Source: a virus. From it: 64,000 bases of DNA. Position 1 is the stretch's first letter, and each line of letters opens with the position of its first letter. Positions 39,570 through 48,300 of the stretch are shown piece by piece. The stretch is taken from IMG/VR virus record IMGVR_UViG_3300009609_000001, positions 36,268-100,267 of that record; one strand, 5' to 3'. Below the pieces are notes generated by a model. That model was not told where the DNA came from. It made no database searches and was given only the letters and a program-made list of their open reading frames with translations. The position numbers and the translations under genes were made by a program.

Positions 39570-40143
39570 GAAGTAGACTTCCGACACCAAAGCAAGTGTC
39601 GGATACGAAGCAGTTCGTGTTGTGTATTTGCGGCACACGTGGCGCAACGCAAGTGGACAGCGAGTTTCGGGTGCTTACAAAACAACAGGCACTCGACCAG
39701 TTGCGTGGGCTTTTGTCGGATAAGCACGGATATTCGCTGGTGTTTGCTACAAGCCCAGGTGGCCTGCCACGCGGCGGCATGGGTTAGCCGTACGGCAACG
39801 GACGGCAAGACCTCACAATAACGTCGGATGAAACTTCCGGGGCCGCCACCAAATAAAGGTGAGATCGATGGTAGGAATGCCGGAAATTCGCACAATTGAC
39901 CCAATAGATACAGGGCACCGCAAGGGAGTTGCCGACGCATTGCGCGCTATCGCAGACAGAATCGAGCGAGGTGAAACCGGTGGAGTTGTGGTGCAAGAAA
40001 ACTTCACGTCTCCGTATGGAGTTGACAGGTACGGCGCATGCCAAGATGCCGTGCTGATCGGATCAGCGATCCTGATAACCAACTTGGAATTCCTGCCGCA
40101 GCATTTTGCGCGCTTGTGTGAATCGCTGAGGCTCAAGAGGTGA

Positions 40144-41898
40144 ATGATGAACGCACAACACCCCGCTGGTGAAGAAATCCAGGCAGGCGAACACGTGGGC
40201 CTCGATACCGATGGGAAGCTCAAGGAGATCGACAACTCTCGCCGGCTCAAGATTCTCCGCGCCGATCGGCAACTGTTGGTCGAGTGCTTCGCGGCGCTGC
40301 GGCAGTTCCGCTACCTGAACCTGCCCAAGATTCAATCCGTGCCGGCCGATGCCGAGGTTGTGGACATCCGCGAAGATTGGGATTCTCGCTCCCTGAGCAT
40401 CCTGCTGCGACACCCGTCGTTTGAACGCGTGCCAGACGGGGCGTGCATTCCGTACATCGAGAATGAGTACGTGACCGCCTTCGAGAACATCCCGCTGGAA
40501 AAGTCGCTGCTGGTCGTTCGGCACGCTCCCGGCGCTCCGGATTCATTTCGCGAGTCCGTGGCAGAGATTTCAAAAACCGTTGGTCAGCACATCGTTTTGA
40601 TGCCGCACGGGTATGAGATTGAATCTCTGGACGACGAAAAGCTGGCAGAGATTGGCTTGCAGCGCGTAGATCAGCCCAGCGGTGCAACCTACGGCAAGTC
40701 GCCAGTTACCCTATTCGCGGAGTTGCGGGCCGAAAACGAATCCTTGCGGAAAGAGTTCCGGCTGTTCGCGCTGGCCGTGTGCGAAATGCACGGTGGATTG
40801 GTCGCCATTGACGATCGCACGATGCACGCGATTAGTCCAACCGATACGCTGATGGTCCACGCAGACGAAGCGAACCGGCGGGTTGTGTACAGTCGGAGCG
40901 AGCAAACGACCAGGGGCTTTCCGCCCACGTCTCCAGAGCTGCGCCGGATGCAAGTCGATCAGGCGCGGGAAAGCGTCGGATTGCCGCCGATCGAATGGCC
41001 AGATGCACCGTTGCCCTACGATGCCGCGCAATTCGAGCGCGACTACGCCACGGCTTCCGGGCTGACCATTGAACAGAATCGAGAGCTGGGCCTGCGCGTC
41101 GAGCCGTGCGACTGCGGAGAGGGCGGGTGCAAGGGCTTCAAGATGGCGCATTCTCCGCCCGACGCCGGGATTGCTCTGGTCAACGCCATGAGCCACGCCA
41201 CGCGGCGGATTGCCCGGCGGCTCGTGGCGGAGCGCGAGCAGGCGGCGCAAGAGGCGATTCTGAAATCCGACGGCGGCACAACGGCCGTTCCGCCGATCGA
41301 CTCGCCGTGGGACACCTCGCGCAACATCCGTTCCGCCGTGGAACGTGCCGAGGCACGGCTCGTGAGGCAGCAAGTCAGCCTCACTGCGGAGCAAGCGGCT
41401 GCGGCGTACAAAGGCGATACGCGGCCAATTCCCGGTCGAATTGGCACACTGGGCATCATCAAGACCGATACGCCAGGCGAGCCGGTCGTGACGCGCCCCT
41501 TTAATGATCGTAGTATCCCGGATCCTGGCATTGTCCCGTGGGCAGAACAGCCGATGTTGAAGGCCGCGCCGTGGGCCGAAGAAATGTTGGCGGATGCGTT
41601 CAAGTCTGGGGAAGCGAGCCCTGCGTCACCATGCGAACCGCTGGCCGCTCGCTCAACGGAACATTCAATAGAAACCAGCGTAGGCGCAGCAGGTGAAGTT
41701 CGGTTGCCCTGTCCTAGTCGCGCAGGTCTCCTGGGGTCTGAGCGCGCGACATCAGCGAATCCCCGCGGGATGCGGTTCGAATCCGCCGATACGCTGGCTG
41801 ATAATCCCTGCCCCGAGTGCAAAGGCAGCGGAATCTATCAAGGGTTTAGCGTAGAAGAAAAGTGCAAAAACTGCGGAGGAACAGGAGCAGTATGTTAG
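40144..41898 (+). CDS. Large mosaic hypothetical protein with C-terminal CxxCxGxG Zn finger
   Basis: CPECKGSG...CKNCGGTG. Confidence 0.7.
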   Translation: MMNAQHPAGEEIQAGEHVGLDTDGKLKEIDNSRRLKILRADRQLLVECFAALRQFRYLNLPKIQSVPADAEVVDIREDWDSRSLSILLRHPSFERVPDGACIPYIENEYVTAFENIPLEKSLLVVRHAPGAPDSFRESVAEISKTVGQHIVLMPHGYEIESLDDEKLAEIGLQRVDQPSGATYGKSPVTLFAELRAENESLRKEFRLFALAVCEMHGGLVAIDDRTMHAISPTDTLMVHADEANRRVVYSRSEQTTRGFPPTSPELRRMQVDQARESVGLPPIEWPDAPLPYDAAQFERDYATASGLTIEQNRELGLRVEPCDCGEGGCKGFKMAHSPPDAGIALVNAMSHATRRIARRLVAEREQAAQEAILKSDGGTTAVPPIDSPWDTSRNIRSAVERAEARLVRQQVSLTAEQAAAAYKGDTRPIPGRIGTLGIIKTDTPGEPVVTRPFNDRSIPDPGIVPWAEQPMLKAAPWAEEMLADAFKSGEASPASPCEPLAARSTEHSIETSVGAAGEVRLPCPSRAGLLGSERATSANPRGMRFESADTLADNPCPECKGSGIYQGFSVEEKCKNCGGTGAVC

Positions 41899-41972
41899 AA
41901 TGTCGGGCGGGCCGCAGCCTGCAATGCTGCGGACACCGCCCTAAACACTGTCACCTTCTTAGGAGGCGAGCA

Positions 41973-42695
41973 ATGCCTGAAAAGCATTCTACAGCGACAC
42001 GCCAAAGGCCACAGCGCGGAGATTTGACCGGGAGAAAGTTCCGGCTCTTGATGGTTATCAAGTATGTCGGCAGGGACAAAAACAGGAACAGCCTTTGGCT
42101 GTGCCATTGTGAATGCGGCAAAGAAACGATCACATGCTCGGCCTATTTGAAAAACGGCGACACTAAATCTTGCGGGTGCCTAAATTCCAAGACGACGGTA
42201 GCTAGGAACACCACGCATAATTTGTACGGCACTCCAGAGCACAGAAACTGGACGGCAATGATCGCAAGGTGCGAAAACCCAAACGTCAAGGTGTTCCACA
42301 ACTACGGTGGGCGAGGCATCCGCGTGTGTGAGCGATGGAGAACATCGTTCGCAGCGTTCTATCAAGACATGGGTCTAAGACCAACGGCTCAGCACACAGT
42401 GGATAGGTTCCCTGATCCAGACGGCAACTACGAACCGGACAACTGCCGATGGGCAACAAGGGCGGAACAAAGTCGCAATCAGAAAAGGAATCGCTTGCTC
42501 ACGTTTAATGGGAAGGTGCGATGCCTTCAGGATTGGGCCACCTTGAGCGGAATTAGTGCAGCGTCGATTTCCAAGCGACTCAAGAAAGGCTGGACAGTCG
42601 AGCAGGCACTATCGACTCCGACCAGAGGAAAGCCCGGATCGGGCCTGAACCAGACCGAAGATTGCCGCGCGTGCGGCGGGAGCGGCGTGAAGTGA
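41973..42695 (+). CDS. HNH homing endonuclease
   Basis: WLCHCECG, SCGC, YGGRGIRVCERW, VDR..GNYEPDNCRWAT; AGGAGG RBS. Confidence 0.9.
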   Translation: MPEKHSTATRQRPQRGDLTGRKFRLLMVIKYVGRDKNRNSLWLCHCECGKETITCSAYLKNGDTKSCGCLNSKTTVARNTTHNLYGTPEHRNWTAMIARCENPNVKVFHNYGGRGIRVCERWRTSFAAFYQDMGLRPTAQHTVDRFPDPDGNYEPDNCRWATRAEQSRNQKRNRLLTFNGKVRCLQDWATLSGISAASISKRLKKGWTVEQALSTPTRGKPGSGLNQTEDCRACGGSGVK

Positions 42696-42964
42696 CTGGC
42701 CAGTGCATCTCCTGCCGACTCGAACTTGCCGCCGGCATCTCGCTGGGCGGCGACCTGCTGCACTTCTGCGCCGTCTGCTGGAAGGAAATGACACCCGCCG
42801 AACGCTCCGCAGCGCAGGCCGCCTACTGGCAGTACGTGGCATCCTGCCGGCAAGCGTACCATCAGGAACAAATCGCCGCCGCCACGTCGGCGCTATACGA
42901 CTTGGTACGGGAATGCGTCCAGCAAGCCCGCGCGGAAAACGGCTTTCCGTGGGAGAGGAACTAA
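42692..42964 (+). CDS. Small Zn-finger protein
   Basis: GTG overlapping upstream stop; CISC...CAVC. Confidence 0.6.
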   Translation: MTGQCISCRLELAAGISLGGDLLHFCAVCWKEMTPAERSAAQAAYWQYVASCRQAYHQEQIAAATSALYDLVRECVQQARAENGFPWERN

Positions 42965-42984
42965 ATCGGTAGGAACCCCTGAAA

Positions 42985-43173
42985 ATGTCGATCGGTTTAC
43001 AAGAACAGAAGATCCGCAACAAGTCGCTCACGGACGAGGCCATCAAGTTTCTCTCCGACGAGTTGGGCAGAATCCTGGTGCCGGGCTATCATGGTTCGGT
43101 CGAGGTCTGCGTATGTGTCCAGGACGGAATAGCGCAGGTCGTGAAGAAACGGATCGAGAAGCTCAAGAAGTAA
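42985..43173 (+). CDS. Small DUF2292/YezD-like protein, candidate RNA-binding late activator
   Basis: Helix then GYHGSVEV...QDG...V..RIEK; the hairpin motif starts 11 nt after its stop. Confidence 0.55.
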   Translation: MSIGLQEQKIRNKSLTDEAIKFLSDELGRILVPGYHGSVEVCVCVQDGIAQVVKKRIEKLKK

Positions 43174-43183
43174 ACTCCCTCGC

Positions 43184-43239
43184 GGTATCAGATTCCCTGA
43201 GCCACGCAAAGCCATTCACCCTGGCCGCGTGTGCTCATG
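43184..43239 (+). promoter_or_regulatory. Bulged-A hairpin copy 1 plus start-codon-sequestering stem (portal)
   Basis: GGTA TCAG ATTCC CTGA GCC; rival stem TGAGC-CACGC...GCGTG-T-GCTCA(TG). Confidence 0.85.
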
Positions 43240-44892
43240 CCATCCATCAACGGCAGTAAATCCCGCCGAGACGATCCCGCCGGCAAGCATCGCGGCATCC
43301 CGCCAAACTTCGGCCGCGGCGTCGTTCCCCACGTTGCTACGTTCGTCGGCTTCATCTCCAGTTTCTCCAAGAGCTACCGGCCCAGCGACGAGGCCCTGCG
43401 GCATTCCATCGAGCAAGCCCGCTACATGCGGAACGACACCTCGATTATGGAATGCCTGGAGGCCCGCCAACGCGCTACGGCGCTGCTGAATTGGCACATC
43501 GAGCCGGAAGACGAGAAAGACCCGGAGCAAGTCGAGCTGGTCGAGAACCTGACGCGGATCGTGGAATTGACGCCGCGCTTCACGGAGTATCGACGCTGGC
43601 TCCTGGAAGCCATTTGGTTCGGCCGAGTGGCCAGCCAGAACATCTACGGCTGGGACATCCGACCCAGGCAGAAGAAACGCCTGTACGTCCGCCGCTGGAT
43701 GCCGATTCACGGCGACAAGCTGGTATTTCGCTTCGACGACGGGACCGGGAAGTACAGCGACGATCAAATCGGCATCAAGTACACGCAATTCGTCGATGCC
43801 GAGGATTTCAGCGGGCGATTCGAACTGGAGCCGACCGACTACGGCATGGCCTACTTCCTAAAGCCCTGGGAGCGGTCGCTGCTCACGGTCCATCGGCACA
43901 TGATCGAGGATGGGGCTTACGAGGATCCCCAGAGCGCCGGCAGAATCCACGGCGTCGGAATTCGGGACAGAATCTACTGGACGTGGTATCAAAAGCAAGA
44001 AGTGCTGGGGATGCTGATAGAACTGATCGAGCGAACCGGCATGGGGTTCAACATCTGGTATTACCCGGCCGGGAATGATCAGGCTTATCAGGACACCGTA
44101 GAAGCCGCCAAGAATCAAAGCGGCCAGAATGCCGTGCTGATTCCCCGCACTCCAGGTGACCCGGCGCTAGACGGCTACGGATATGACCGCATCGAGCCGT
44201 CGGGAAGTGGAATCCAGAACCTCAAGGATGTGATTCACGAGTTCTTTGGCCACCAGATCAAGCGCTACATCCTGGGGCAAACGCTGTCGAGCGAAGCGGA
44301 CGCCACGGGGCTGGGGAGCGGCGTCGCTGATTTGCACTTGGAATCCTTTCTGCAAATCGTCAAATACGACGCCACGAACTTGGAAGAGTCGATCACCACG
44401 GACCTGATCGAGCATCTCAAGCGGTTCAACTTCCCGGGGTCAAGTCATTTCCGGGTGAAGTTCAAGATCGACACGGAAGCCGCCGACGTGCAAGCCAAGC
44501 TGCAAGCCGTGTTCACCGCCTGGCAGATGGGCGCCGCTGTCCGCACGGCCGACGTGTTCGACATGATTGGCTTGTCGGTCCCTGGCCCGGATGATCAGGT
44601 ATTGGCCAATCCGCAGTTGCAACAGCAGCCGGCGCAGGAAGGGCAAGAGCCGCCGAAGTCTCCGCATCAAGCCGTCCTGGAAGCCCATTTGAACGAAGAG
44701 CCGAACGCGCACGGGGAATCTCCGCAGCAGGCGTTGCTTGAGGTCCTGACGCCCAGCAACAGCCCGGCGTCGGACGTGGCAGGCAAGGTGGTTCCACGGG
44801 GAGTAACGCGGCGGAGCGGGAATTGGAATATTACCCAGTACAATCGCAGCGGCTGGTCACGGGCGCTGAAGTTGTGGGGCGTGAGCATCTAA
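43237..44892 (+). CDS. Portal protein (Mu gp29/DUF935-like)
   Basis: LLEAIWFG, ERTG, IKRYILGQTLSSE...GLGSGVADLH. Confidence 0.85.
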   Translation: MPSINGSKSRRDDPAGKHRGIPPNFGRGVVPHVATFVGFISSFSKSYRPSDEALRHSIEQARYMRNDTSIMECLEARQRATALLNWHIEPEDEKDPEQVELVENLTRIVELTPRFTEYRRWLLEAIWFGRVASQNIYGWDIRPRQKKRLYVRRWMPIHGDKLVFRFDDGTGKYSDDQIGIKYTQFVDAEDFSGRFELEPTDYGMAYFLKPWERSLLTVHRHMIEDGAYEDPQSAGRIHGVGIRDRIYWTWYQKQEVLGMLIELIERTGMGFNIWYYPAGNDQAYQDTVEAAKNQSGQNAVLIPRTPGDPALDGYGYDRIEPSGSGIQNLKDVIHEFFGHQIKRYILGQTLSSEADATGLGSGVADLHLESFLQIVKYDATNLEESITTDLIEHLKRFNFPGSSHFRVKFKIDTEAADVQAKLQAVFTAWQMGAAVRTADVFDMIGLSVPGPDDQVLANPQLQQQPAQEGQEPPKSPHQAVLEAHLNEEPNAHGESPQQALLEVLTPSNSPASDVAGKVVPRGVTRRSGNWNITQYNRSGWSRALKLWGVSI

Positions 44893-44906
44893 CCAGGGAT
44901 TCAAAC

Positions 44907-45290
44907 ATGGAACGCAGGTCTTTCTTTGGAATGTGCATCGCGGCGATGGGTGGACTGCTTGGGACGCGCTCTGCCAAGCCGGAATTCAAGGGATCGGTTG
45001 TTGAGTGGCAGGGCGAGACCGGCACCCTGTCAAAGCCGCTGGAATCAGCCAAGCCGCTGGAATCAGCCGACCCATTTGAGGTAGTCGATGTCATGTACAT
45101 CGGCGAAGTTTTTGATGCCAATGGCGAAAGTGTCGATTGCATCACGCTACCGGTTCGCCGGATCGACGTGGATCGTTTTGGACGGGCCAGCAATTGGATG
45201 CGCGAAAATCTGACGACGACACCAAGTCGCGAGTGTCCTAAGCACGGAGATTTGATTTACGCAAAGCCGATCGGCGACAAGACAGCGTAA
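44907..45290 (+). CDS. Protein with twin-arginine-like signal peptide
   Basis: MERRSFFG plus hydrophobic stretch; 18-bp tandem repeat at 45033-45068. Confidence 0.6.
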   Translation: MERRSFFGMCIAAMGGLLGTRSAKPEFKGSVVEWQGETGTLSKPLESAKPLESADPFEVVDVMYIGEVFDANGESVDCITLPVRRIDVDRFGRASNWMRENLTTTPSRECPKHGDLIYAKPIGDKTA

Positions 45291-45349
45291 GCCGCACCCA
45301 TAACCTTATATGTTGTGCAAGTTTTTGACCCACAAGGGGGGTATTGGCG

Positions 45350-48300
45350 ATGGGAGTGCTGACCGTCTCCGAAGCAATCCGCGTGCTCTACAAGCGGATC
45401 ACTCCCGCCGTTGGCCAGAAGGAGTTCTGGTCCAATGAACCGCGCGATGCCGGTGGAAAGTGGACGACTCCGGCACATGAGGCTGTGGCACGACCAAAGG
45501 ACGACGACGAGCATTTTAAGTTGAGCGATCGCCCGTCGCCAAAGTTCGAGCCGCTTGTCGAGGATCCTCCTCGGGACGAGAAACAGCCGCCACCACAACA
45601 CGAACCACTCCCGGGTCAGAAGGAGATGTTCGGCGCGACGGTGTCTGCAAAGACCAAGCCGGCCACCAACGAAGCCCTCTGCGCCCGCATCAAGTCCGGC
45701 GACAGCGGGGCCGAGGATGCCCTGCTGAAACAGAATCAGGGTCTGGTCTACAGCATTGCCCGGCGATACACGCGCACCCCCGGCGATCTTGAGGACTTGG
45801 CCCAGGAAGGAAATATCGGCCTTCTGGAAGCCGCCCGGCGCTTCGACCCTGAGAAGGCCAAGCATTTTTCGACCTATGCCAACCTCTGGGTGCTGGCCAA
45901 GGTGGGAAACTACGCCAAGAAATCCTGGAAGCAGTCCACCACGCAAGTAGGTGGCGACGACGACGAAAGTTCTATCGACGATCTAGCCGTGGACACCGGG
46001 GACACCTCGCCTGGATCTGGACTGGAAACATCGGAGTCACAAGACAAGCTGCGCGCCGCGGTGGCAACGCTTCCTGAGCGAGAAGCCCTGGCGGTCCGAC
46101 TGCGGTTTGGTCTTGAAGGTAACGAACCGCACGAGTTCGAAGAGATCGGAGACAAGTTGGGCATCTCTCGGCAACGGGCGCACCAGATCACCGAGAAGGC
46201 GATGGAGAAGCTTCGCCGCACGATGAAATACCGGCGCGTGGCGGACGTGCTCAAGGCGCTATATGCGAAGAAGCACAAGCCCGCAGCCAATCAGGCGTCG
46301 ATGTGGGGAGAAGAACAAGAGAAGCTCCATCCCCGCGATGAGGGCGGGAAGTGGACGCACGCGCAAATGAGCGTCGCCAAGAAAGCCGTCGAGCACATGA
46401 AGGGCAAGTTGCACGGCCCGAAGAGTAAAGAGGACCTTGTGTTTGCGGCCGGCGATCACTACTTCAACGATTCCGAGGCACGAAAGCACTTTGATTCACA
46501 CAAGCATTTTCAGGAGGGCGTGAAGGCGCATTTGGAAACGTCGGAGCAACAGGCTGCGCCAGAACAGTCGGCGGCAAAAGAGCCGCACGAAATGACGCTG
46601 GACGAGTGGGTCCAATCGATGATTGGCAAGCCATATAGAAACGGCACCACGGGAGAAAATGCGGTCTATAACGAATTGGACTTGGCCCGCCTCAATCAAC
46701 TGCACGAGAATCATGTCGCCACCGAACTGATTCACGGGGGAACGGTTCTGCCCGAAGTGCTGGCCGATTATCCCGACCTGCAGCCGAAGGCCACCGAGAA
46801 GCCTCAAAACATCACCGGTAGATACTCCCGCACCCTCTCCACCCGCGACGCCCTGCGCAAGGTCATGTACGCCTCATACCGCGGGAGCGCATTCGTCGTT
46901 CCAAAGATGGTATCCCTACAGCCGCCAAAACCTGGCGTTGGCCAAAAGCACTTCGGATTCGCAGGCGATTCGGGAGTGCATCAGCCGCCGCAGGACCCGG
47001 AGTTCGAAAAGCTCCATCCTCGTGGAAAAGGCGACAAGGGCGGCCAGTTCGCCGAGAAGCCGGAAGGCGAGAAGGCAAAGGACGATGCCGAGAAGAAAAC
47101 CGAGAAGCCGGCAGCAGAATCAGCGCCACACCCTCTGGCGGCCAAGCATGCCGAGGCCAAGAAGCACGTCACGGTCCCTGGATCAGTCACGCTGTTGAAG
47201 CACGGTTCGGAGTTTCACGCCTTCGGGGACGATGCGGCCAAGCTGGCGGAACATGGCATTGGCGACGGTCAACACGCTCACTTCGGTATGGGGGAGTTAA
47301 ATCGGCACTTGACGAATCTGACGGGCAAAGGCCAGCGTGTGGCGATCGCCGAACCTCGCGGGAAAGAGCCGGTCGCCGAACCTCCAAAGCCGCCGAAACC
47401 GGAGCCGATTCCGGCCGAGCGCCCCCCTGCGATAGCACCGCCTGCCAAAGCCGCGCCAGCTCGCCGCGTTGCACCAGCGCCGGCCGTCAAGGCACAGGCG
47501 ACAAATCCACCACAGCAGCATCCCAGCGTCCAGCAAGCTCTGCGCGACCTGGAACAAAAGCACGGACTGAGGAAGTCTCCGCCGCATCAATCGGACGTTC
47601 AACTTGCGCCGGAATCGCCATCCAAGCCGCAATCCGTCAAGGAAATCATCGCATCCGTTCACGCCAAGCATGGATTGCCACCGCGAGCGAAGCCGGCACC
47701 ATCCAAGCCGCCAACCTCAATGACCCTGGCCGACATCGCCGCATGGAACAAAGCCGGACACTTGAAGATTCCGTCAAGCGTCACGTTGGCTGGCATCCAA
47801 GAACGCATGGCCAGCCGGCAATACGAGCCCGTCACCATCGCCAAGCAGAAAGACGGCACGCTGGCGGTCATCGGCGGAGCGGAAAGCCTGCTGGCTGCGG
47901 CCAAGAATCACGAGAAGCAAGTCGCCGTACGACTTTCGGACAATGCCCACAAGCACTTCGCACAGAACTCTCCCAAACCAAAGGTAGATCCGGAGAAGAT
48001 TGCCAAGGGAGTGAGCGCCATCAAAAGCCGCCTGATGAGCATTTCTGACCATTCCCCGATTCACGAGCGGGTGCATCAATCGCTTGGAACGAAGTCCGTC
48101 CGGGAAGTCGAGCAGCGATTGGACGCCGCGGCGCAATCCGGCGACATGAGCACACTAAAGGCAGTCGAGCAAGCCATCTGGCCGGATCGATACCCGAAGT
48201 CCACAAAACAAACGCTGTCCGACCTGTTCAAGAAATCCCATCAGCCGTCGTCGGAAACTCCAACCCCAGCACCGCACGAGACCCCCTCGGCATACGAGGA

